Notes: a model not told the origin generated them from the sequence alone. 38,677 nt of DNA from Gemmatimonadales bacterium (GCA_035688895.1 DASSML010000169.1:1-38677), one strand, 5' to 3'. Shown: positions 16,807 through 24,833, counted from the first letter of the stretch. A program made the numbers and translations.

Positions 16807-18275
16807 GCGGCACCGCGCCGCTGGTCGTGCGCCTGGAGCCCCTTCCCGACCCCGCCGATGTCGCGGCGGCGTTCCTCGACCTGCCCTACCCGATCTTCCT
16901 CGACAGTGCGACCGGCCTCGCCGCGGGTGAGCCCCACCAGCTCGGCCGCTATTCCTTCGTCTCGGCCGACCCCGTGCTGGTGGTCCGCAGCAAGGGGCTT
17001 CTCACCGAGGTGCTCGAGAGCGGCCGATTGCGCCGCGTCGATGGAGATGCGCTGGGAGTCGTGCGGGAGGCCCTGCGGGACTGGGCGGCTCTTGCCCTGC
17101 CGGACCTTCCTCCCTTTCAAGGTGGTGCGGCGGGGTACATCGGCTACGACTATGGAGCCGTCCTGGAGCGGGTGCCGCCCACCCGGTATGACGACCTCGC
17201 CGTCCCCGACGTGGTGCTCGGCCTCTACGACTGGGTCATCGCCTGGGACCACGTTCGGCGGGAGGCGTGGCTGATCTCGACCGGCCTCGGCGCCGGTGGA
17301 TCGCCGAGCGAGCGTCGGGCGCGGGATCGTGCGGCACAGGTCCGGGAGCGGTTGTCCCGCGCTGGGCCCGTCGCACCCCAGGCATCTTCGGCGGATCCGC
17401 GAGATGCGGTGGCGCCTTCCTACCCGGTGACCGCGCTCGAGGCGGCGCCCGAGGGCCTCCGGTCCACCTTTACCCACCGCGGCTACCTCGACGCCGTGGC
17501 CCGGGTGCGCGAGTACATCGTGGCCGGCGACATCTTCCAAGCCAATCTGTCCCAGCGTCTGCAGGCGCCGCTGCACGAAGCGCCTTTCGATCTGTACCGC
17601 CGGCTCCGCCGGCGGAACCCCGCCCCATTCGCCGCCTACTTCGACTGCGGCGACCTCACGGTCCTGAGTGCCTCTCCCGAGCGATTTCTCCGGCTCGACG
17701 AGCACGGATCGGTCGAGACCCGCCCCATCAAGGGCACCCGACCCCGGGGATTGGGTCCCATGCACGACGCGGCCCTGGGCCGGGCCCTGGCCGAGAGCGA
17801 GAAGGACCGGGCGGAGAACGTGATGATCGTGGACCTCCTGCGGAACGATCTCTCCCGGGTCTGCCGCCCCGGCAGTGTCCGGGTGCCCGAGCTGTTCGCG
17901 CTGGAGCACCATCCGACTGTCCACCATCTGGTCTCGACCGTCGTGGGCGAGCTTACGCCCGGCGCGGACGCCGTGGACCTGGTACGGGCGACCTTTCCGG
18001 GCGGCTCCATCACCGGCGCGCCCAAGGTGCGCGCGATGGAGATCATCGCCGAGCTGGAGCCGACCCGGCGGGGGGTCTACTGCGGCTCGGTGGGATACCT
18101 GAGCCGAACCGGGGCGATGGACACCAGCATCGTGATCCGCACCTTCGTACGGGTGGGGCACCAGCTCTACTTCCAGGCCGGCGGCGGCATCGTCGCCGAC
18201 TCCGACCCCGAGCTGGAGTATCGGGAAACCCTGGACAAGGCGCGGGGCCTGGTGCTCGCGTTGGAGGCGGAATAG
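16803..18275 (+). CDS. pabB: Aminodeoxychorismate synthase component I (chorismate-binding enzyme, PabB/TrpE family)
   Basis: SPERFL, PIKGT.PRG, AENVMIVDLLRNDLSRV, FPGGSITGAPKVRAMEII.ELE and RG.Y.GS.GY are the family signatures. The pabB rather than trpE call rests on context next to beta-RFAP synthase. Confidence 0.8.
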   Translation: MSGTAPLVVRLEPLPDPADVAAAFLDLPYPIFLDSATGLAAGEPHQLGRYSFVSADPVLVVRSKGLLTEVLESGRLRRVDGDALGVVREALRDWAALALPDLPPFQGGAAGYIGYDYGAVLERVPPTRYDDLAVPDVVLGLYDWVIAWDHVRREAWLISTGLGAGGSPSERRARDRAAQVRERLSRAGPVAPQASSADPRDAVAPSYPVTALEAAPEGLRSTFTHRGYLDAVARVREYIVAGDIFQANLSQRLQAPLHEAPFDLYRRLRRRNPAPFAAYFDCGDLTVLSASPERFLRLDEHGSVETRPIKGTRPRGLGPMHDAALGRALAESEKDRAENVMIVDLLRNDLSRVCRPGSVRVPELFALEHHPTVHHLVSTVVGELTPGADAVDLVRATFPGGSITGAPKVRAMEIIAELEPTRRGVYCGSVGYLSRTGAMDTSIVIRTFVRVGHQLYFQAGGGIVADSDPELEYRETLDKARGLVLALEAE

Positions 18276-18279
18276 GGAA

Positions 18280-18322
18280 CTTCCCCTTTCCCCTTTCGCC
18301 TTTCCCCTTTCACTTTCCCCCC
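18280..18322 (+). repeat. 43-nt polypyrimidine tract with ~7-nt periodic CCCTTTC-like units filling the pabB-pabA spacer
   Basis: cttcccctttcccctttcgcctttcccctttcactttcccccc directly abuts ATG 18323. 41 of 43 bases are pyrimidines, in an otherwise G+C-balanced high-GC genome. Confidence 0.9.
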
Positions 18323-19000
18323 ATGATCCTCCTGATCGACAACTACGACTCGTTCGTCCACAACCTGGCGCGGTACGTCCACGAGCTCGGGGAGACCCCG
18401 CTCGTCCGGCGGCACGACGCGCTGACGGTCGATCAGGTGCTGGACCTCTCGCCCTCGCGGATCATCATCTCTCCCGGCCCTTGCTCGCCGGCCGAGGCGG
18501 GGATCTCCACCGAGCTGGTCCGGCGGGCCGGGCCTACGATCCCGATCCTGGGCGTCTGCCTCGGTCATCAGTGCATCGGGGCCGCCTACGGAGGAGAGAT
18601 CGTGCGCGCCGGCCGGCCGATGCACGGGAAGACCTCCCGAATCCACCACGACGGGACCGGCCTGTTCGCCGGCTTTCCGTCGCCGTTCCTGGCCACGCGC
18701 TACCACTCCCTGGTGATCTCGCCGGGCTCGGTGCCGCCGGAGCTGCTGGTGACCGCGAAGTCGGAGGATGGGGAGATCATGGCGGTGCGCCACCGGAGCC
18801 ATCCGGTCTACGGCGTGCAGTTCCACCCCGAGTCGGTGCTCACCGAGCACGGCTATCGGCTCATCGATCACTTCCTCCATGGCCCGCAGGCGGAGCTCAG
18901 GTCCGGCGTCCCGGCCGGCGCGGACGGTGCCCCGGCTCCGCGACCGGCGGAGGCCGCCTCGCTGGCCGACGCCCCGCCACCGGTGGATCTGGTCCGGTGA
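18323..19000 (+). CDS. pabA: Aminodeoxychorismate/anthranilate synthase component II (class-I glutamine amidotransferase)
   Basis: MILLIDNYDSFVHNL, ILGVCLGHQ (catalytic Cys) and GVQFHPES (His/Glu). Only the last 225 codons of track ORF 17267..19000 are credited. Confidence 0.85.
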   Translation: MILLIDNYDSFVHNLARYVHELGETPLVRRHDALTVDQVLDLSPSRIIISPGPCSPAEAGISTELVRRAGPTIPILGVCLGHQCIGAAYGGEIVRAGRPMHGKTSRIHHDGTGLFAGFPSPFLATRYHSLVISPGSVPPELLVTAKSEDGEIMAVRHRSHPVYGVQFHPESVLTEHGYRLIDHFLHGPQAELRSGVPAGADGAPAPRPAEAASLADAPPPVDLVR

Positions 19001-19542
19001 TCATCGAGTGCATCGTCACCACCCTCGATCCGGCGGGCGCGGCGAACTTCGCCCCCATGGGGGTGGAGTGGGGAGAGGATCACATCGTCCTCAAGCCCTT
19101 TCTCGAGACTACGACCTTTCGCAACGTGGTCGCGAGCCGCTCGGCGGTGGTCAACCTGACCGATGATGCCATGCTGCTCGCCCAGGGCGCGATCTCGAGT
19201 CCGCAATTCCCTGCCTTCCCGGCCGAAGTGGTGCGGGGCGTCGTCCTGGAAGCGGCGTGCTCCTGGCGCGAGCTCGAGATCGTGTCCATCGACGACACGC
19301 CGCCCCGCTCACGGGTGGAGACCCGGGTGGTGCACCGGGGCTTCCGCCGCGAGTTCATCGGGTTCAACCGGGCCCGCCACGCGGTGCTGGAGGCGGCCAT
19401 TCTGGCGACCCGGACTCACCTCATTCCCAAAGCCGAGATCGCGGCAGACTTCGCCCGCCTTCAGGTGATCGTGGAGAAGACGGCCGGTCCGCGCGAGCGG
19501 GAGGCGATGGCGATGCTCGCGGAGTATGTCGCCGGCAAATAG
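18997..19542 (+). CDS. DUF447-family protein (H4MPT-biosynthesis-associated)
   Basis: GTG 18997 overlaps the pabA stop (GTGA). IIECIVTT.D..G..N.APMGV and TTFRN fit the DUF447 pattern as recalled. Context is conserved with mptG. Confidence 0.55.
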   Translation: MIIECIVTTLDPAGAANFAPMGVEWGEDHIVLKPFLETTTFRNVVASRSAVVNLTDDAMLLAQGAISSPQFPAFPAEVVRGVVLEAACSWRELEIVSIDDTPPRSRVETRVVHRGFRREFIGFNRARHAVLEAAILATRTHLIPKAEIAADFARLQVIVEKTAGPREREAMAMLAEYVAGK

Positions 19543-20500
19543 CGTCTTCGTCGAGGCCGCCGCGCGACTGCACTTCGGAGTACTCGATCTCCGGGGCAGT
19601 CTGGGGCGGCGATTCGGCGGGCTCGGCGCCGCCATTCCGTCCCCATCGCTGCTGCTCGAGGCGGCCCCCGCTTCGGCGGTGAGCGCGACGGGGCCCGACG
19701 CCGAGCGGGTAGACGAGTTCGCCCGGCGATTCCTGGCGCACCATGGCCTGAGCGGGGGTGCCCGCCTCACGCTCCACCGAGCCATCCCGCCGCACAGCGG
19801 TCTCGGGTCGGGGACCCAGCTGGGGCTGTCGGTCGCGCGGGCACTGGCCGAGCTGCACGGGCTCCCGATCGACGCTCCGACCCTGGCCACGGCAGTATCC
19901 CGAGGCCGCAGGTCGGCTATCGGGACCTGGTGCTTCGCCTATGGCGGGTTCATCGTCGAGGGGGGGCACCGTCCTCAGAAGGGGACAGTCGCGCCGTTAT
20001 TGGGACGCTACGAGGTCCCGGAGAGCTGGCGCTCCGTGGTCGCGGTGCCGCCCGGCGAGCCCGGATTGAGCGGCGAGGCCGAATCTGCCGCCTTCGAGCA
20101 GCTTCCCGCTCCTCCCGAGCGCGACCCCGAGCGGGTGGCCCACTTGGTGCTCATGCAGTTGCTACCGTCCCTGGTCGAGGGAGACCTGGCCGGATTCGGG
20201 GCGGCACTAACGGCGATTCAGCGACTTACCGGCGCGTGGTTCGCACCCTCGCAGGGCGGGATCTTCGCCCCGGGCCTGGGGCCCGAGTTGATCGCACGAA
20301 TGGCGGAGTGGGGCGCGGCCGGCGTGGGCCAGAGCTCGTGGGGGCCTGCGGTCTATGGGCTGGTCGATGGCATCGATCAGAGCCGGGCGCTGGCCGAGCG
20401 CGTCCGCGCGTCGCTCGGGGGGCGAGGGCAGGTTTTCGAGGGGGGATTCGCCCGGCACGGGGCCCGTGTCGGGTGGGGTGGACCCCCCACCCAACCCTGA
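19526..20500 (+). CDS. mptG: Beta-ribofuranosylaminobenzene 5'-phosphate (beta-RFAP) synthase, GHMP-kinase fold
   Basis: RLHFGVLDL.G..GRRFGGLG near the N-terminus and HSGLGSGTQLGL (GHMP motif) are typical of MptG. 324 aa. Confidence 0.8.
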   Translation: MSPANSVFVEAAARLHFGVLDLRGSLGRRFGGLGAAIPSPSLLLEAAPASAVSATGPDAERVDEFARRFLAHHGLSGGARLTLHRAIPPHSGLGSGTQLGLSVARALAELHGLPIDAPTLATAVSRGRRSAIGTWCFAYGGFIVEGGHRPQKGTVAPLLGRYEVPESWRSVVAVPPGEPGLSGEAESAAFEQLPAPPERDPERVAHLVLMQLLPSLVEGDLAGFGAALTAIQRLTGAWFAPSQGGIFAPGLGPELIARMAEWGAAGVGQSSWGPAVYGLVDGIDQSRALAERVRASLGGRGQVFEGGFARHGARVGWGGPPTQP

Positions 20501-20529
20501 TTGACAGTTCAATTTTGGGGCTGTATACT
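20501..20529 (+). promoter_or_regulatory. Near-consensus sigma70-type promoter TTGACA-N17-TATACT
   Basis: TTGACA at 20501-20506, an exact 17-nt spacer, and TATACT at 20524-20529. It begins on the base after the mptG stop codon. The expected TSS is near 20535-20537. Confidence 0.6.
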
Positions 20530-20535
20530 GGCCCA

Positions 20536-21179
20536 CCTAAGCCTCCCGTAATCGGCGACTTGGCCGGTTTCCGATTGGGAGCTTCGCGCTCGAAGTAGCA
20601 AGCGCGCTGCGATACCCAGAAGGATCCGGTAGTGGCTCAGGTGGTTTCACCAGGGTGTGAACCGCCTCCCCAGCAGCAGTCCTTTACAGACACACATTGC
20701 TGTGCAGCGGCGTCGCTGAGGGGTTTGATGGGCCTATTCCCGCTGGCCGACACCAATACTTGGCATTCTCCCGATCCGTGGGGCGGTCGCGCGGTCGCAG
20801 TGCGCGCGCGAGCCTGCCGCACGGATATCGTCTGGTGGTGGCGTACCGCCCTGCCGATCGTACACCCGACCGCTGGCTTGCCCACTCCATCCGACGACAT
20901 TTCCCACTTCCATCATCAGGCGCGGCGCCCCCGCACCCAACCGCAGGCTCGCTTGGCGAGCGCGGCTCGGTGCATCCGGCGGGCGGCGGCCCAGCGTAAC
21001 TCCCGTTGGACCGTCGCCGCAATCGCCGAACGCGGGCCCCCGCCCGCCGCCTCACGCTTCACGTAGTCGGCGCCTCCCGGCCCGCGGCACTCGTGGTCCC
21101 GTCGCCGAACCGGCGTCCGCAGCAGGTGGCACCCGAATGCAGTAGAGCAGTAGAACCACCCTTCATCCTGAGGTCAGTT
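20536..21179 (+). other. ~645-nt apparently non-coding leader or candidate structured RNA upstream of xoxF
   Basis: No convincing ORF. Track ORFs here are low-complexity with weaker third-position GC than neighbouring genes. Local hairpins include 20543-20581 (CTCCC/GGGAG plus AATCGG/CCGATT) and 20582-20595 (CTTCG-cgct-CGAAG). No Rfam family was recognised by eye. Confidence 0.35.
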
Positions 21180-23060
21180 ATGAACCGCTTTACCCAGAAG
21201 GTGCTGTCCGGCGGTATTGCGGCGGGGCTGAGCGTAGCCTTCGCCGTGTCCGCCAACGCCCAGGCGGCTCGTACAGGGGCATGGACCCTGGACGGGAAAG
21301 AGGGCGAATGGACGATGACCGGCCGTGACTACAGCCTGCAGCGGTTCAGCCCGCTCAAGCAGATCACGACCTCCAACGTCGCCGAGCTGCGGCCGGTCTG
21401 GTCCTTCTCCACCGGCACGCTCCGGGGCCACGAGGGCAACCCCCTGGTGGTCGGGAACGTGATGTACGTCAACACGTCCTTCCCGAACATCGTGTACGCG
21501 CTCGACCTGTCGAAGCCCGGCGCGCCGCAGATCTGGAAGTACGTGCCCAACCAGTCGCCCGACGCGATTCCAATCGCCTGCTGCGACCTGGTGAACCGCG
21601 GCACCGCGTACAGCCCGAGCGGGAAGGTCTACATCCAGGCCCTCCAGGGCGAGCTGATCGCGCTCGACGCGAAGACCGGCAAGGAGCTGTGGAAGGCCAA
21701 GCACCCGGATAAGTCCAACGCCGGTGTCGAGGCCAACGGCTACAAGCAGGGCGCTACCATGACCAACGCCCCGATCTACATCAAGACCAAGTCGGGCAAG
21801 GAAATGGTCATCGCGGGCATCTCCGGCGGTGAGTTCGGCGTTCGCGGCCGCGTCTCGGCCTTCGACGCCAACAGCGGCGCGCACCTGTGGACCGCCTACA
21901 GCACTGGTCCGGACAGCGAAGTCCTGATCGACGGCGACGCGAATGCCAACTATCCGTCGCACAAGGGCAAGGACCTCGGCGTCAGCACCTGGCAGGGCGA
22001 CGAGTGGAAGCGGGGCGGCGGCACCACCTGGGGCTGGTACTCCTACGACCCCGAGCTCGACCTCTTCTACTACAGCGTCGGCAACCCGGGCACCTGGAAC
22101 CCCGATCAGCGGCCGGGCGACAACAAGTGGTCGATGACCATCTTCGCGCGCCACCCGGACAACGGTCACGCCGCCTGGGCGTACCAGATGACCCCGCACG
22201 ATGAGTGGGACTATGACGGCGTGAACGAGAACGTCCTGTTCGAGAACGGCGGCAAGAAGCTGCTCGCCCACTTCGACCGGAACGGCATCGCCTACACCGT
22301 CGACCGCACCAACGGTAAGGTCCTCGTCGGCAACGCGTACGGCCCGATCAACTGGGCCAAGAACGGCGGCACCGGCACCCCGGTTGAGGGCGTCGTGTCG
22401 ACCGGCGTCCCGGTCAAGGATCCGAAGTACGGCACCTCCTCGAAGAAGAACGGCGAGGGCATCTGCCCGGCCGCCATCGGCTTCAAGGATCAGCAGCCCT
22501 CGGCGTACTCGCCGATCACCGGCCTCTTCTACGTCCCGGCGAACCACATCTGCATGGACTATGAGGGCGTCGAAGTGAAGTACACCGCCGGTCAGCCGTA
22601 CGTCGGCGCGATCGTGCGGATGTTCCCGGGCCCCGGCGGCCACCGTGGCCGGTTCATCGCCTGGGATCCGATGAAGGGTTCCGTGGTGTGGGAGATCAAG
22701 GAGAACCTCGCGGCGTACGGCGGGGCGCTCACCACGGCCGGCGGGCTCGTCTTCTACGGCACCATGGAAGGCTGGCTCAAGGGCGTCGATGCGAAGTCGG
22801 GCAAGGTCCTCTGGCAGTTCAAGACCCCGTCCGGCATCATCGGCAACCCGATGACCTACACCGGTCCCGACGGCAACCAGTACGTCGCCGTCTACTCCGG
22901 CATCGGTGGCTGGGCCGGCATCGGCGTAGCCGCTGGTATCGGCGCTGAAGATCCGACCGCCGGTCTCGGCGCGCTCGGCGCCTTCGGCGACGCGGGCAAC
23001 TTCTCGACCCAGGGCGGCGTCATGACCGTCTTCGGGCTCAAGAACATGGCCATGAAGTAA
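21180..23060 (+). CDS. xoxF: Lanthanide-type PQQ-dependent methanol dehydrogenase (XoxF)
   Basis: ATG 21180 has GAGG 7 nt upstream, and a signal peptide ends ...VSANAQA. The protein aligns by eye along its whole length to MxaF/XoxF: FSTG.LRGHEGNPLVV, vicinal ACCDLVNRG, GGGTTWGWYSYDP, DNKWSMTIFA, ICMDYEG and DPTAGLGALGAF. TPHDEWDYDGVNE carries Asp (22215-22217) where Ca-type MxaF has Ala. No mxaI follows. Confidence 0.92.
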   Translation: MNRFTQKVLSGGIAAGLSVAFAVSANAQAARTGAWTLDGKEGEWTMTGRDYSLQRFSPLKQITTSNVAELRPVWSFSTGTLRGHEGNPLVVGNVMYVNTSFPNIVYALDLSKPGAPQIWKYVPNQSPDAIPIACCDLVNRGTAYSPSGKVYIQALQGELIALDAKTGKELWKAKHPDKSNAGVEANGYKQGATMTNAPIYIKTKSGKEMVIAGISGGEFGVRGRVSAFDANSGAHLWTAYSTGPDSEVLIDGDANANYPSHKGKDLGVSTWQGDEWKRGGGTTWGWYSYDPELDLFYYSVGNPGTWNPDQRPGDNKWSMTIFARHPDNGHAAWAYQMTPHDEWDYDGVNENVLFENGGKKLLAHFDRNGIAYTVDRTNGKVLVGNAYGPINWAKNGGTGTPVEGVVSTGVPVKDPKYGTSSKKNGEGICPAAIGFKDQQPSAYSPITGLFYVPANHICMDYEGVEVKYTAGQPYVGAIVRMFPGPGGHRGRFIAWDPMKGSVVWEIKENLAAYGGALTTAGGLVFYGTMEGWLKGVDAKSGKVLWQFKTPSGIIGNPMTYTGPDGNQYVAVYSGIGGWAGIGVAAGIGAEDPTAGLGALGAFGDAGNFSTQGGVMTVFGLKNMAMK

Positions 23061-23077
23061 GCGCCAACCCGGACGGG

Positions 23078-23097
23078 CCGGAGGGTCTCCCCTCCGG
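23078..23097 (+). terminator. GC-rich hairpin 18 nt after the xoxF stop (CCGGAGGG-tctc-CCCTCCGG)
   Basis: Perfect 8-bp stem with a 4-nt loop, followed by TTCGG. Probably an mRNA-stabilising or partial-termination element rather than a full terminator. Confidence 0.4.
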
Positions 23098-23127
23098 TTC
23101 GGACGGGGCTAGATTACGAAAGAGCAG

Positions 23128-23167
23128 AGCGCCGGGGCGCCGTCAGCTCCGGCGCTTTGCCTTTCTC
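23128..23167 (+). terminator. Second xoxF-xoxJ intercistronic hairpin with T-rich tail (AGCGCCGG-N13-CCGGCGCT TTGCCTTTCT)
   Basis: 8-bp stem (23128-23135 and 23149-23156) followed by a pyrimidine/T-rich run. It lies upstream of the preferred xoxJ start at 23184. Confidence 0.4.
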
Positions 23168-23183
23168 CCAGAAGGGGTTGTCC

Positions 23184-24059
23184 ATGCAGCGCTGTGTCTC
23201 GCTCCGTCGCGTCGCCACCCTCGCCGGACTCGGCCTCGTCGGCTTCGTCCTCCCCGCCCGGGCCCAGCGGCCCGCGCCGCTCGACCCGGAAAAAATTCGG
23301 GTCTGCGCCGATCCGGACAACATGCCCTCCTCCAACGACAAGCTCGAGGGCTACGAGAACAAGCTGGCGACGCTGATCAGCCAGGAGCTCAAGGCCAAGC
23401 TGGAGTACGTCTGGTATCCCACCCGCCGAGGCTACTTCCGGATCCTCAACGGGATGTACTGCGACCTCGCCATGGAGGTCCCCGCCGGGCTCGACATGGC
23501 CGGCGCCACCAAGGCCTACTTCCGCTCCGGCTACGTCTTCGTGACCCGCAAGGGGAGCGGCCTCGACGACATCAACAGTCTGGCCGATCCCCGGCTCAAG
23601 AAGGTCAAGATCGGGGTCAACATCTACACCTCCGACGCCGAGAATTCCCCGCCCGCCATGGCGCTGAGCCACTACGGCGTGGTGGGGAACCTGGTCGGCT
23701 TCAGTACCTTCTTCGATGAGAACAATCGCCCGGAGGACATCGTCAACGCCGTCGCCAAGAAGGACGTCGACCTGGCGATCGCCTGGGGCCCGCTGGCGGG
23801 GTTCTACGCCAAGAGTGCCACCGTCCCGCTGGTCCTGACCGTCCTCCCTGCCAAGGACTCGCTCAGCGACTTCCCCTTCCAGTACAACATCGGGATCGCC
23901 GTGCGCCGAAGCGACAAGGAGTTCAAGGACAGCCTGAACGCGGTGCTCACCCGGCGCCAGTCGGACGTCCAGGCCATTCTGAAGGAGTATGCCGTCCCCC
24001 TGCTGCCCATCGAGCAGGGTCATGGCGGTGAGAAGGGCGAGGCCAAGGCCTCGAGCTGA
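23184..24059 (+). CDS. xoxJ: XoxJ/MoxJ-like periplasmic solute-binding-fold protein
   Basis: Start is taken at ATG 23184 (GAAGGGG upstream), giving a signal peptide ending ...LPARAQ. IRVCADPDNMPSSN and DLAIAWGPLAGFYA resemble the quinoprotein-dehydrogenase-associated family-3 binding proteins. Confidence 0.75.
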   Translation: MQRCVSLRRVATLAGLGLVGFVLPARAQRPAPLDPEKIRVCADPDNMPSSNDKLEGYENKLATLISQELKAKLEYVWYPTRRGYFRILNGMYCDLAMEVPAGLDMAGATKAYFRSGYVFVTRKGSGLDDINSLADPRLKKVKIGVNIYTSDAENSPPAMALSHYGVVGNLVGFSTFFDENNRPEDIVNAVAKKDVDLAIAWGPLAGFYAKSATVPLVLTVLPAKDSLSDFPFQYNIGIAVRRSDKEFKDSLNAVLTRRQSDVQAILKEYAVPLLPIEQGHGGEKGEAKASS

Positions 24060-24171
24060 CCCCCGTCCTGGCGGCACGGCGGTTGCGGAGAACGCCCGGC
24101 AGCGGTATTACAAGTTCAGATCCAGCATCCGAAACCCGTTCCGCCGGCCCCTCCTCCCGAGGGGCCTCGGC

Positions 24172-24651
24172 ATGACTTCCTCATTGTCCCCGAAAGGATC
24201 GTCCGCCAGCATGTGCATGCCGCTTCTCGCCGTTTTCCGCCGAGCGGTCCTGGGGACCGGCATCGTCGTCGGCGTTCTCGCAGTCGCTCCCCGGGTCCAG
24301 GCGCAGGAGCTCCGCGACGCCTATCACCAGGCGCCCCGGGACACCGTGTCTCAGGAAGTGTACGACGGGTGGAAGCAGTTCAACCTCAACTGCGCCCGCT
24401 GCCATGGCGAGGACGTGTTGGGAACCACCATCGCCCCCCACCTGATCCTGTCACTCAAGCCCGACGGTCCGATCAACACCAAGGAGCTGTTCATCCAGAC
24501 GGTGTGCGCGGGACGGCCGACCAAGGGGATGCCGTCGTGGTGTGCCCTCGGCATGGACATGGACAAGATCCAGAGCATCTACGACTACGTGAAGGGCAGA
24601 AGCGACGCGAAGATCGGCCCGGGACGACCGGCGGTCAAACCGACGGGCTGA
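24172..24651 (+). CDS. xoxG: Mono-haem c-type cytochrome (XoxG-like electron acceptor)
   Basis: Single CARCHG haem-binding motif, a GMPSW candidate Met ligand, and a signal peptide ending ...APRVQAQ. It sits after xoxJ. The start is ATG 24172 or 24211. Confidence 0.75.
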   Translation: MTSSLSPKGSSASMCMPLLAVFRRAVLGTGIVVGVLAVAPRVQAQELRDAYHQAPRDTVSQEVYDGWKQFNLNCARCHGEDVLGTTIAPHLILSLKPDGPINTKELFIQTVCAGRPTKGMPSWCALGMDMDKIQSIYDYVKGRSDAKIGPGRPAVKPTG

Positions 24652-24672
24652 ACCCGGCGAACGTATGAGTGC

Positions 24673-24710
24673 AGGCCCCCGGCGGACGCGGGGGCCTTTT
24701 CGTTTGGTTT
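24673..24710 (+). terminator. Rho-independent terminator after xoxG
   Basis: 9-bp stem AGGCCCCCG / CGGGGGCCT (24673-24681 and 24689-24697) with a 7-nt loop, followed by TTTTCGTTTGGTTT. Confidence 0.75.
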
Positions 24711-24833
24711 CCCCATCCGGGTGCCCCCCGACCGACGCGCATCTCTTCGGTAGCACCCGCCCCAGGGCGGGGATATGTTCCCGGTATGGGCCCGCCTTCC
24801 GGGCGTGGTCCACCACCTTAGGCAGGGAGACAG

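Noticed and set aside
20632-21066. 144-aa plus-strand ORF, and overlapping ORFs 20697..20999 (+), 20684..21055 (-) and 20637..20900 (-), in the mptG-xoxF gap
   Set aside because: The translations are low-complexity, Arg/Pro/Ala/Trp-rich and have no recognisable motif. There is no SD, third-position GC is clearly weaker than in flanking genes, and several mutually exclusive frames are open, as expected by chance in GC-rich DNA.
21127-21141. Sigma54-like element TGGCAC-ccgaa-TGCA upstream of xoxF
   Set aside because: The GG-to-GC spacing is one nucleotide short of the strict TGGCAC-N5-TTGC consensus, because the -12 GC falls at the wrong register. Sigma54 promoters tolerate almost no spacing change, so it was not called.
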